Origin: Candidatus Obscuribacteraceae bacterium
GTDB taxonomy: Bacteria; Cyanobacteriota; Vampirovibrionia; Obscuribacterales; Obscuribacteraceae
Reading direction: 5' to 3'
DNA length: 64,000 bases
Assembly (NCBI GenBank): GCA_044226015.1
Contig: JBGAHS010000001.1
Coordinates: 96,001 to 160,000 of the forward strand
Below the pieces are notes generated by a model. The model made no database searches, was not told where the DNA came from, and worked only from the letters and a program-made list of their open reading frames with translations. Made by a program: the position numbers and the translations under genes. Below are positions 1-9,752 of the stretch, piece by piece. How positions within the stretch are numbered: position 1 is the stretch's first letter; every line of letters starts with the position of its first letter.

Positions 1-1
1 A

Positions 2-3000
2 ACATCTAAGATTTCTTCTGCTTGGACTAGTGCTCCCTATAGCGGGGTGATCGGTCAAATCCCCGCCATTAGCGCGGCTCCCATGCTGGGTTGTCAGTCA
101 TCTTCGACAAGCACCACAACCTATGCAAGCACGGTAAATGGCTCATCCAGTGTCAATTTCACTAATGTTACCAGTGCCCACGGATTGGTGAAATCTAACT
201 ACAAGACTTTCCCTGGCACAATATGGGGGAATCCGATTCAGGTCATCGATGAGCTAGGCAGGCGTCTGGAGTTTTCCTACGCTAGCAACCAGATCGACGT
301 GTTGAAAGTTGTGAACTTAAGCACTTCGCCAATCATGGGGTTGGCTTACTATACCTATGGAAGCACCCCGCATAAGCCAACAATGATCATTGATGGAACA
401 TTGCAGCACACTCTGTACAGCTACAACAGCTTGGGTCAATTAACAACGCTTACAGATCCTACGGGTGCTGTTACAACTTACAATTACGACGCCAATGGAT
501 ACCTCACTTCTATAGATGGACCGCTCAGTGGAAACCAGGATGTTACCAGCTTTTCCTTCTATGGATATGGAGTTCCAAGTTCCATCACGGACTCAGAAGG
601 TTACGTGTTGAATTTTTCATATGACGGACTAAATAGACTAACGACAACGTCCTTTCCGGACGGAACATCGGAGGAAACGAAGTACAACAGGCTTGACGCA
701 GTCATGATGTCCGATCGCATCGGTCGCTGGACCCAGCGAACCTATGACAATATGCAAAACCTCGTTTCGGAAACCGATCCATTAGGAAGACAAACTAAGT
801 ATTGCTGGTGTCATTGCGGTGGGCTAGCTTCATTGACTGACCCTGCAGGCAATACCACAAAGTGGCATCACGATCTTGAAGGACGAGTGATTCAGAAGGA
901 GTATGCTGATGGGTCTCATTACGATTACGTTTACGAGACGACGAACAGCCGAATAGCCTCTATTTCTGATGCAATTCAACCTACACCGCAAACAACATTG
1001 TTTGCCTACAATTTCGATGATTCGGTTGCGGTGAAACGGTACGCCAATGCGGTGAATGCGACATCGCAGGTGGTATCAGCTTTTGATCCGTACTTTGATC
1101 GCCCGCAGTCAATCTCAAACGGATGGGGTCAATACAACTATAAGTATTACCCTAATTATCAGGATTTCGGTGCCGACACAGGTTGGACTTCAATTGTAGT
1201 GGGCGGAATCCCAGAAGTCCCGAACGCAACCGATACGATAAGCATCGTTTTCTATAGCTCAAATTTGCCAGGAGGACAATATACATTTAATTACACAGTC
1301 CCTACGGGAGACGTGGGAAATCCGGCTCAGTTAGCAACTCACCTCGGCGCTGCTATAGGTGCAAATGCAACTCTGCAGGCCGCAAATATTTTTACGGCGA
1401 CAAGCGGTGTTCTAATTAAAATCCACAATCAAACAACAGCACTTCGAGTAGCACCGACTGCTACGGGGGGCACCATCGTGACCTGCGGTGCCGGCAAGCT
1501 CAGCGATGTGACCAATAGCGTGATTTCCAATTCACAGATTTCTTACGGCTACGATAATGATGGAAGAACGAACGTCAGACTCATCAACGGCGGAAATAAC
1601 AATTCACGTTGGTCCTTCGATGAAATGGGAAGAGTCACCTCAGAGCTGAATCCGCTGGGAACCTTCAACTATGCCTACATCGATAACACGTCTGGATCAT
1701 CGAAGGGCGTCAATCGTCTTGCTTCGATAACCTATCCCAATAGCCAGGTCACGAACTTTAGCTGGCTGCCGAACATCGGCGACCAGCGCCTGCAACAAAT
1801 TTCGAATCTCAGCCCCACGGCAACTACATTGTCTAAATTTGCCTACGCATACAATTCTGCGGGTGAAATCACGCAATGGCAGCAGCTTCAGAATAGCGTC
1901 AACACCCATCTTGGACTGGCTTACGATAACGCTGGACAGCTGATTACAGCAGTTTCCGATTCGGGCACGCAATTCAAAGCTTACGTTGCGGGCACTCCGC
2001 ATACTGGTGATGTTGTCTCAGTGACTGCATATGACGCCTCGCTAACCGGCACGACTCCTGTGGGTCAGGAGACTGCGTCCTACACAGTTGTGGGCGGAGA
2101 TACATCGGCGACAATCGCTACAAATCTTGCTAGCGCAATCACGTCAGTTATGGGGACGAACCTGGGACTCAGTGCTTCTGCCTCGGGCAAAGTCATTTCT
2201 ATCACGACATCAGCCACGCGAGCAACGCAATTTACTTCCGCTGTCACCGGCGCCGGTGCAACTGACACCATAATCATGGACCGCGGACAACCTAGCGGAA
2301 ATCGGCACAGTCAGCTTTACTACGGCTACGATTGCGCGGGTAATCGCACGGGAGTTCAGGGCGACAGCACTGGAAGTTTCGGCACTGGTGGCTTGAGCAC
2401 AAACGCCACGGCATACGGCTACAACAATCTCAATGAGCTCACAAATTATGCCCCTGGTGGTCCAATCAGATTTGAAGGAACCACGACCAATCCGATTATT
2501 TCAGCAGTGGCAAATGTCACAAAAACTGTCACGGTCACCGGCTCGGTGACTACCGGGGACAAATTAACGGTTAGCGTCCATGATCCTGCAATTACTGCCG
2601 GGAAGGATATCACCTACACGGTCGCTGGTGGCAACACAACCACCGACATCGCAACAGGCTTGAAAAACCTGGTCAACGCCGATGGCACGTTGTCTTCTCT
2701 GGGCATCACTGCAACTTCGAGTTCTAATGTGCTGACGATTACATCGACATCAGCCAACAAGACAATGTATTCGGCGAGCAAAAACACTGGAGCTACCGAA
2801 ACACTAACTCTCAACACTTCTGCTTCGGATACGGGGCTGATAAGTCCATCGAATGCATTTAGTTCGAATCCGAAGCTAGCATTGAGTTCGAACACCGTGA
2901 AGGTGACAGCCAAGAGTGGCGGCGGAACGGCCGCAACCAATTCGTATCCAATAAGCATCAATTCGGGCTCTTCCGCGACACTGCAATATGACGCGAACGG

Positions 3001-4069
3001 CAATATGACGAGCGACGGCACGAACACCTATGCCTGGGATGCCGAAAACAGGCTGATTCAGATTACCTATCCGGGTTCTGGAAATAACACCCAATTTTCG
3101 TATGATGCACTTTCGCGCGCCACGAAAATTGAGGAACGCACCGCTGGCAGTGTCACGTCTACGAAGCAACATCTGTGGTGCGGATCGTCCCGATGCGAGG
3201 AAAGAGATGCAGCCGGTAGCATGAGCAATGGGAAGCAGTTCTTCGGAATTGGGCAGGCAAACTTTGCCAGTGGCACGCCGGCGAAATATTTCTACACGCG
3301 AAGCCATGATTTTTCAGTTAGAGAAATGACCGACAATTCAGCTGCTATTGTTGCCCAGTATGGGTATGAACCATATGGAAAACGAACTAAACTTCAAGGA
3401 GCGTCCGAGGCTGATGTGCAATATGCAGCTATGTACATGCATCCAAGAAGTGGGTTAAGCTTCACGCATTTTAGGCAATACGATGCTGATCGGGCTATAT
3501 GGTTAAGTCGAGATCCGATTTCGAGCGGATATGGTTATGCAGCTAATAGTCCAGTCAATTTTATAGATCCAATCGGATTGAAAGAAATCAATTTAACAGT
3601 GGAGTTGGAGGCTAATTGCCTTGGATATGCAACTTATCCTATGACTGGAGACTTACTTCACAACCCACGGGCTGAGGAATCATTGTCGGATACGCTAGGA
3701 AGACTAGGATATAGTTGTTTTCCAATCTCCTCAGCAAAAGATTGCAAGTGCGACTGTCCGTCTGGTGGGGCAGGAGGTGCTGGAGGTGCGGGTAATCACA
3801 CACCTAAGCTGGTAGTCGGAGTTTATACTTATGAAAGCAATCCTCCAAACGCTGACCCTTGGTCCGATCCCTGGATTAAGGGACCTGGTAATGATTTTCA
3901 TGCTGTCAGGGAAGATGCCCCTGGAAATTGGAGTTATGTTCCAAGGAGCATGAACGTTCATAAGACCAATGGTAACGTAGCTGAAGCTATACAAGTATCT
4001 TCTCCCGAAAAAGGATTTCCCGGACGCAAACTCCCAAAAAACCGCACATTTTGCTGTTGTGGAAAGTAA
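2..4069 (+). CDS. RHS/YD-repeat polymorphic toxin, 5'-truncated by the window edge, with a papain-like C-terminal tip
   Basis: Frame is open from position 2 (ACA TCT AAG...), so GTG 47 is not the true start. YD repeats (YDANG, YDGLNRL, YDNAGQL, WDAENRL). RHS-associated core ends WLSRDP...SPVNFIDPIGL at ~3566-3580, followed by a variable C-terminus. Confidence 0.93.
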   Translation, partial: TSKISSAWTSAPYSGVIGQIPAISAAPMLGCQSSSTSTTTYASTVNGSSSVNFTNVTSAHGLVKSNYKTFPGTIWGNPIQVIDELGRRLEFSYASNQIDVLKVVNLSTSPIMGLAYYTYGSTPHKPTMIIDGTLQHTLYSYNSLGQLTTLTDPTGAVTTYNYDANGYLTSIDGPLSGNQDVTSFSFYGYGVPSSITDSEGYVLNFSYDGLNRLTTTSFPDGTSEETKYNRLDAVMMSDRIGRWTQRTYDNMQNLVSETDPLGRQTKYCWCHCGGLASLTDPAGNTTKWHHDLEGRVIQKEYADGSHYDYVYETTNSRIASISDAIQPTPQTTLFAYNFDDSVAVKRYANAVNATSQVVSAFDPYFDRPQSISNGWGQYNYKYYPNYQDFGADTGWTSIVVGGIPEVPNATDTISIVFYSSNLPGGQYTFNYTVPTGDVGNPAQLATHLGAAIGANATLQAANIFTATSGVLIKIHNQTTALRVAPTATGGTIVTCGAGKLSDVTNSVISNSQISYGYDNDGRTNVRLINGGNNNSRWSFDEMGRVTSELNPLGTFNYAYIDNTSGSSKGVNRLASITYPNSQVTNFSWLPNIGDQRLQQISNLSPTATTLSKFAYAYNSAGEITQWQQLQNSVNTHLGLAYDNAGQLITAVSDSGTQFKAYVAGTPHTGDVVSVTAYDASLTGTTPVGQETASYTVVGGDTSATIATNLASAITSVMGTNLGLSASASGKVISITTSATRATQFTSAVTGAGATDTIIMDRGQPSGNRHSQLYYGYDCAGNRTGVQGDSTGSFGTGGLSTNATAYGYNNLNELTNYAPGGPIRFEGTTTNPIISAVANVTKTVTVTGSVTTGDKLTVSVHDPAITAGKDITYTVAGGNTTTDIATGLKNLVNADGTLSSLGITATSSSNVLTITSTSANKTMYSASKNTGATETLTLNTSASDTGLISPSNAFSSNPKLALSSNTVKVTAKSGGGTAATNSYPISINSGSSATLQYDANGNMTSDGTNTYAWDAENRLIQITYPGSGNNTQFSYDALSRATKIEERTAGSVTSTKQHLWCGSSRCEERDAAGSMSNGKQFFGIGQANFASGTPAKYFYTRSHDFSVREMTDNSAAIVAQYGYEPYGKRTKLQGASEADVQYAAMYMHPRSGLSFTHFRQYDADRAIWLSRDPISSGYGYAANSPVNFIDPIGLKEINLTVELEANCLGYATYPMTGDLLHNPRAEESLSDTLGRLGYSCFPISSAKDCKCDCPSGGAGGAGGAGNHTPKLVVGVYTYESNPPNADPWSDPWIKGPGNDFHAVREDAPGNWSYVPRSMNVHKTNGNVAEAIQVSSPEKGFPGRKLPKNRTFCCCGK

Positions 4070-4689
4070 TGATGACCATTAAGCGATATATATCTATCTC
4101 AATGAGCCTTTTGATTCTCATCGGACCTAAAGCTTTTTCAGCACCCATAGAAAAAGGAAGAATGCAGTTAGAAGTATTCAGTCTCGGAAGGCTTAAACAT
4201 CAAAAGCAGAATCAAGCCTGTTTAGGCTTGCGCTTTTTTTGTAATGCCGACAACCCCATTGAAGTTGTGCTGCAATCCTTTTGTGGTAAAGGAGTCGAGT
4301 CAGAGATGCTATTTAATCACAAGAAAGATCCAGGCTCACTCAGAAACGTACTTTTCGCCAACTTCCACTATCAATGGGTAAACCAAAAGGGAAAAACTGT
4401 ATTGGAAGAAACTGCTTATGCTAACCAATCCGAAGTGAAATTGAAAAAAGAACAATGTGGATTTGCCGATGTGTCAGAATCTGCCATGGTTTATCTTCCT
4501 ATCGTGTTACCAACTCCTCCTGGTAAGTACAACTTGAAGGTGCAATTCGACAACACGGCATTGGAAGACGCAAGCCAGTCACGGAACAACATGGGAGTTG
4601 ATGGACCTGACGGAAAGCCGCTGCTTATATCAAAGCCGACGCAGGTATTCGAGGCAATCATGACCGAGCAGGAAATTGTAATCAATTGA
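4069..4689 (+). CDS. putative immunity protein for the RHS tip, exported (signal peptide)
   Basis: ATG 4069 overlaps the RHS stop (TAATG). N-terminus MMTIKRYISISMSLLILIGPKAFSA resembles a Sec signal. Sits directly behind the toxin. Confidence 0.65.
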   Translation: MMTIKRYISISMSLLILIGPKAFSAPIEKGRMQLEVFSLGRLKHQKQNQACLGLRFFCNADNPIEVVLQSFCGKGVESEMLFNHKKDPGSLRNVLFANFHYQWVNQKGKTVLEETAYANQSEVKLKKEQCGFADVSESAMVYLPIVLPTPPGKYNLKVQFDNTALEDASQSRNNMGVDGPDGKPLLISKPTQVFEAIMTEQEIVIN

Positions 4690-4697
4690 GTGCTCAT

Positions 4698-4836
4698 ACA
4701 CCATAATCACGGACCACGGACAACCTAGCAGAAATCGGCACAGTCAGCTTTACTACGGCTACGATTGCGCGGGCAATCGCACGTGAGAGCACTGGCAGTT
4801 TCGGCACTGGTGGCTTGAGCACAAACGCCATGGCAT
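4698..4836 (+). repeat. degenerate direct copy of RHS segment 2265-2414
   Basis: ACACCATAATCAcGGACCaCGGACAACCTAGC...TACTACGGCTACGATTGCGCGGG...GGCTTGAGCACAAACGCC matches the main gene, with an 11-nt deletion and a new TGA. Confidence 0.92.
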
Positions 4837-4880
4837 CTCTGTTTGAACACTGGCACACTAGGCGATTTTACTAGAATTAA

Positions 4881-5801
4881 AAACCTCTGAAATCCAATCA
4901 AATTGCAAATTGCACTGGAAACATCACCCAATTTTCGTATGATGCACTTTCGCGCGCCACGAGAATCGAGGAGCGCACCAGCGGTAGCCTTACGTCTACA
5001 AAGCAGCACCTGTGGTGTGGTTCACAGAGGTGCGAGGAAAGGGATGCATCAGGCAGCCTGAGTAACGGGAAGCAGTTCTTCACTCTGGGCCAGAGGATCT
5101 TCACCAGTGGTAGTGGCACTAACTACTTCTATATAAAGGACTCACCTCCCGGCAGCATAAGGGAGATGACCGATGCCTCAGGTGCCATAGCAGCCCAGTA
5201 TGGTTATGGACCATGGGGGGAAGTCACCAAGATTCAGGGAGTCGGGGACTCTGACTTTCAGTATGCCGGTTATTACATTCATTCCAGAAGTGGACTCGGA
5301 CTCACCCGTTATAGAGCCTACAATGCCAATCTCGGTGTTTGGCTTAGCAGAGATCCTAGCGATGATGAGGAAGATGAGCCCAATAGATACAGGTATGTTG
5401 CGAATAATCCGATAAAGTTTAACGATCCTCTTGGTCTGTTCCCCGGTATTCCGGGTCCACCGCCAATACCTAATCCTTCATCCGGAGGCGGGCACATAAT
5501 AGGACCAGCAGGTAGCCCGCCACCTAACGACGAACCAAATGATAATGAGGTATACAATCATCCGGCCTATCTGAATTGCCTGGCTGGTGTACACAACCTA
5601 TTCGATTCCATCCAAGCGCAATACGAAAAAGAGGAAGCTGACGACTTCAAGAAAGCTGGTAAGAATAAGAAGAAGCTAAAGTGCGCACGAGACAAGTGGC
5701 GCAAGAAATGGCAGGACTTCAATGATGATCAAGCGTCGAGATCGGCCGATTGCTTCACAAAGGCGAAGATGATTATGCGACGGGAGAGGGGGTCACGATA
5801 A
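4881..5801 (+). pseudogene. orphan RHS core fragment with an alternative C-terminal tip
   Basis: Frame is open from 4881 with no standard start until ATG 5166. 4915 onward mirrors 3078 onward (TQFSYDALSRAT..KQHLWCGS..CEERDA). Core ends NNPIKFNDPLGL, then an unrelated Pro-rich/Lys-rich tip. Confidence 0.85.
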
Positions 5802-6221
5802 TTTTCCGAATATGGTTTCCAGATCGATCTGGGGGTCACCTTCTAATAAGGAGTCAGGCTCAGCATCGTCAGCATGATCATCTAGCTCTTCACCTTCAAT
5901 GTTTATGTGTTCCTCAAGTTGCCATCCTTCCTTCCTAAAGAACAACAGTGTATTTCTAAGGAAGTTCACAGCTTGACAAAGAGACTGCATAGAATCTTCA
6001 CCAACCAGTTTCGCAGGGGATCTTAGTCCGTCAAGGTAAACGGTACAAAACGATGGACCATGATTCTGAACCTTCGTGGGCAACCCAATCGCCAGTCGTA
6101 CCGGGATCCCTCTTTGCCCAGTTGCTGGCATTATTGGTTCCGGATAGTCGTTCTTCGGGGGCACAAATAACATCCACATTTCAGCTATGGGTTCTTCCTT
6201 CGAATCCGATATCTTATTCAT
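5793..6221 (-). CDS. DUF6968-like small protein
   Basis: Pattern VRLAIGLP...CTVYLDGL...GEDSMQSL matches my recollection of DUF6968; acidic tail. Confidence 0.6.
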   Translation of the reverse strand: MNKISDSKEEPIAEMWMLFVPPKNDYPEPIMPATGQRGIPVRLAIGLPTKVQNHGPSFCTVYLDGLRSPAKLVGEDSMQSLCQAVNFLRNTLLFFRKEGWQLEEHINIEGEELDDHADDAEPDSLLEGDPQIDLETIFGKLS

Positions 6222-6648
6222 ATGCTTGGCCCCAAATTAATCTAATATTTGATCTTAACAGATAGATATCTGGATCTTCGGGATTATTTAGCGTCCTAAG
6301 CGGGATGGTGCTTCCTTGCGGTGGGGGCGAAGTGGTGGCTCTGGCGGTGCCGAGCTATTCATCCCCTATTAGTATTCTTGCTAATACTTGTGTACTCAGC
6401 TGGATTCTTTCTAGAAAACGAAAGTAACATGGGGTCAGCTCACCTTCAATGGAAAAAGGATCGACTATGGGTTTTGTTGACACATCCGAAAAGGACTCTT
6501 TACGGTTATCTTTCACTTTGTACCATCTGAACTTATGCGGTTTTGAAATATGCCAAAACGGTCTCCTCAAATGCCATTTTCGGCTAAGCAATAGTGCTGA
6601 GAGCTCATTGAATTGGCACGTCGGAGTTTCAATCTATAGCCTACTCGT

Positions 6649-8151
6649 TTGGAGCAATCCGTAAAAAGATGCTTGAGAATTTTGCACCGGGCGATCGATT
6701 TCGACTTTCACTCCACCAAGCTTGGAAAGCGGATCTCTGACAGTGCGGATTTCGGTCGTAGCTTCGTGCATGCCTCCTTAGAAAACCCGGTGAATGGACT
6801 TAGACAGGTCGCCAACCAAACTGGGCTTGTGAAGTTGCCAGAGTTTGATATCGTCAATGACGCAAAGCCGTCCATGGCGTCTTCAGCAGGTGATATCACT
6901 GGTGGTGTTGCCATGTACGCTCTGCTCTCTGCTGGAGGCAACCGTGTGATGGGGAACTTCGGTGGAGAAGGACTGCGCGGCACCGCAATCAGGGCTGGAA
7001 TTACGGGAGCCGTGTTTGATGGACTCTTGAAGCCAAGCGATGAGAATTCTAAGTCATTCGTGAAGGATAGAATTTCTAGTGCTATGGTTGGTGCATCTAC
7101 ATTCGCAGGAATGGCTGCCACTGCATATGGACTCGACAAGACCGGTTTCTTCGCTGTTCCGGAAGCGCGTTCGTTGGGCGGAAGCATCGGTTACGGAGCC
7201 CTCAGTGGTATAGGCGGCGGGCTGGCACACGCGCAGGCGAATGCCATGTTCAAAGACGGTCATCTATTCTCGAAACCGAATAATTACGTCAATGATTCTC
7301 TGTCTTTTGCGGCCTTTGGTGCTGCATTTTGTGCCCTGGGTTACGGAACAGAGAAGATTATGTCTTCCGTGAACAAACGGGTTATTGAACTGAAGTCAGA
7401 TGATGCAAGTGTGCGATATAAGCTAGATCGTAACGGCGAAGTGGCACAAGTAGAGACCATTGTTCCCTCGACAAATACCTATGGTGCTGATGTTAGAGTT
7501 GTGAATTCAAGAATGACTGATGGCAGCTGGTCGGGTAGGGCCTCGGCTCGTTTTGGAAAGGGAGAATCATTCTGGAGTGAGGCGGTGCCTTATCAGGTTT
7601 CTCAGGTCAATCGCTTGCCCAATGGAGAGATGCGTATTTTGGGCACTGATGGCGACATCCGAGCTTTCAATACAAAAGGCGAGTTCTCCAGGTATTCTGT
7701 CGGTCAGAGAGTTGTAGGAGAGAAGTTTGATTTTCAGAGCGGTGACGGCTCCAGATACGTTGCTGATATGTCGCAGGTGAGAAAATACGATGAGAGCGGC
7801 CGACTTGGCGAATTCAAAGATTGGAATACTAAATCTCTAAATTCTCTTGGGTATGACAATGAGGGTAACGTCTCCAACGTGCGCACATGGCGAGCCGGGG
7901 GCATGGCAGTCGAAATGCGAAAGGATGGAAATAGTTGGCGCGTCAGTTTGTCTACAGTCAATGCCGCTGATGAAAGCGGCATCGTTGGCTCGACCTACAA
8001 AGGCGACGACATGTTTAATTGGCGTGGGCAAGTTAAAGTTCTAGACAATGAAGCTCTTCAGTTTACCCCGGAGGGCGGCAAGGGAATGGTCTTCAAACCT
8101 GGCGAGCATACTGAATCTCTAGGGTCGATGCTCAGGTCACAGAAGAAATAA
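6649..8151 (+). CDS. hypothetical protein: Gly/Ala-rich hydrophobic helical N-half and beta-rich C-half
   Basis: 500-aa ORF with several GxxxG hydrophobic segments. Start (TTG) is uncertain. Confidence 0.75.
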   Translation: MEQSVKRCLRILHRAIDFDFHSTKLGKRISDSADFGRSFVHASLENPVNGLRQVANQTGLVKLPEFDIVNDAKPSMASSAGDITGGVAMYALLSAGGNRVMGNFGGEGLRGTAIRAGITGAVFDGLLKPSDENSKSFVKDRISSAMVGASTFAGMAATAYGLDKTGFFAVPEARSLGGSIGYGALSGIGGGLAHAQANAMFKDGHLFSKPNNYVNDSLSFAAFGAAFCALGYGTEKIMSSVNKRVIELKSDDASVRYKLDRNGEVAQVETIVPSTNTYGADVRVVNSRMTDGSWSGRASARFGKGESFWSEAVPYQVSQVNRLPNGEMRILGTDGDIRAFNTKGEFSRYSVGQRVVGEKFDFQSGDGSRYVADMSQVRKYDESGRLGEFKDWNTKSLNSLGYDNEGNVSNVRTWRAGGMAVEMRKDGNSWRVSLSTVNAADESGIVGSTYKGDDMFNWRGQVKVLDNEALQFTPEGGKGMVFKPGEHTESLGSMLRSQKK

Positions 8152-8195
8152 TTTCATTTGAAGCTTGCCGCAGAATTTGGCATCAACAGAATCTG

Positions 8196-9587
8196 CTAGT
8201 TGAACCAGAAAGCATAGCCTGGAAATGAACCGCCGAAGTCTCGCATTAGTTCTCGCCAGGTGGCACCGCGAGACAATTGTCCATGCTCGAGGTAGGGAAC
8301 CGCTGCGGGGCCTTGCACCCATTCGACCAGGTCAAAGTCGCTGGCTTGCAAAAATACCTTGCGCACGTTGATGCCGAGACCTGCATCTTCTCCACGCCAG
8401 AAGGGAATTAGCTTCTCTCCTTTGAGCACCTTTTCGCTTTCATCCATGACACGGCCCCAAGAGCGCACCATTTCTTCGGTTACATGCATGTTAGGCAGCA
8501 CACCTGTTTGATTTGGATTTGGAAGCCATTCTCTATCGTCATCTGTTTCTGCCATGATGAACTTCCAGCTGACTCTGCTTTGAGCTACGACTTCTTCGAG
8601 GTCGTGCAATGCCGTTTCCATTCGTTTTTGATCTATGAGTTTCCAATTAATCAGGTGAACAAATGCAATCCAATCGACGATTTCATTGGTCTCCCTGCCA
8701 AAGTGATGCGCATGTTTTCCAGGGCGTTCCTGGGCTAGGAACTTATACGGCGAATCAACATTGTTAAATACAAGATGCGCTGTTGCATTGAATGTGTTGC
8801 TGCTGTCATACGCAAGGTAGAATTCTAAAAGCGATGAGAGAAGATGTGTATATCCTCGCAGCCAGTGTACGTCCCCGCGATCAAGATTTATGTAAAAAGC
8901 TCGTGCGCTATCTTCCGTCATCAAGCTGTTGTGCGAGATTTTTGCATAGAGTCGCCAGAGTGATTCTGGCTCGCTAACCTTGCCGTCGCCATTCAAGTCC
9001 AACTTTATCATTCCAAAGTGTATCGGGAGTTTTACGTCATCTGATTTTATTTGAGCCAGGGTCGTATCACAATCTCGGAAACTCTTTAACAATGCATTTG
9101 CAGTTTCTCGAAGCTTTTCGTAGCTCATTTTTTTCGGGTGCGGATTCTCGGCTATTCCAATTCGCAAAAAAGGAATTTCCTCGACGTGAGGCTTTTTCAC
9201 GCCGTATTCGTATAGAGTGCCAGCAAAATTACTGAGCCCGTGCAATAGTTGCGTCAGCCCTAAGCCAAACCGAGCCTGGTCGTCGTCTTTCGCTACTGCT
9301 AGTCTTGCTTTCAACGCTTGTTCGCCGCCGGCGAGATCACCGCTTTCCAAATATTTTTCGGCGAGCGGTGTGTCAGGTGCTTGCTCATTCTTTGTTGAAG
9401 ACTGCTTTTGTTTGCTTGCCGGACGCTCTTGCTGAGCTTTTCTTCCCGTCAATTCTGCGGCGGCTATCTTTTGATTCATTCTTCCGGTCGTCGCAGGGGT
9501 ACTTTCAGCTTGGCTGTTTGCAAGGACAGGCGATATGCTCAAGGTCGCCGCAACTAAAGCCACGCTAAAAGCCTTACTAAACCGCAT
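8196..9587 (-). CDS. exported hypothetical alpha-helical protein with a DxNxDG loop
   Basis: Signal peptide MRFSKAFSVALVAATLSISPVLA, GGAGGA RBS, TPR-like DDDQARFGLG, EF-hand-like DLNGDGKVSEPE. Confidence 0.8.
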   Translation of the reverse strand: MRFSKAFSVALVAATLSISPVLANSQAESTPATTGRMNQKIAAAELTGRKAQQERPASKQKQSSTKNEQAPDTPLAEKYLESGDLAGGEQALKARLAVAKDDDQARFGLGLTQLLHGLSNFAGTLYEYGVKKPHVEEIPFLRIGIAENPHPKKMSYEKLRETANALLKSFRDCDTTLAQIKSDDVKLPIHFGMIKLDLNGDGKVSEPESLWRLYAKISHNSLMTEDSARAFYINLDRGDVHWLRGYTHLLSSLLEFYLAYDSSNTFNATAHLVFNNVDSPYKFLAQERPGKHAHHFGRETNEIVDWIAFVHLINWKLIDQKRMETALHDLEEVVAQSRVSWKFIMAETDDDREWLPNPNQTGVLPNMHVTEEMVRSWGRVMDESEKVLKGEKLIPFWRGEDAGLGINVRKVFLQASDFDLVEWVQGPAAVPYLEHGQLSRGATWRELMRDFGGSFPGYAFWFN

Positions 9588-9752
9588 TATTCCTCCTGGT
9601 CAAAACTCGACCCTTAACTCTAATCGTTGATTCTACCTCTATCGCGCCGGGTTCTCTTTCCTCAACGAACACTTCTTCGACTGTCCGGTGCAAGCTCGGT
9701 CGCGCCTGAATATGTAGCTAAGTTTGATCTTTCTACTACCAGAATGTGATAA

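Noticed and set aside
6321..6664. Short ORFs between the DUF6968-like gene and 6649
   Set aside because: Mutually overlapping, weak starts, no motifs; likely promoter DNA.
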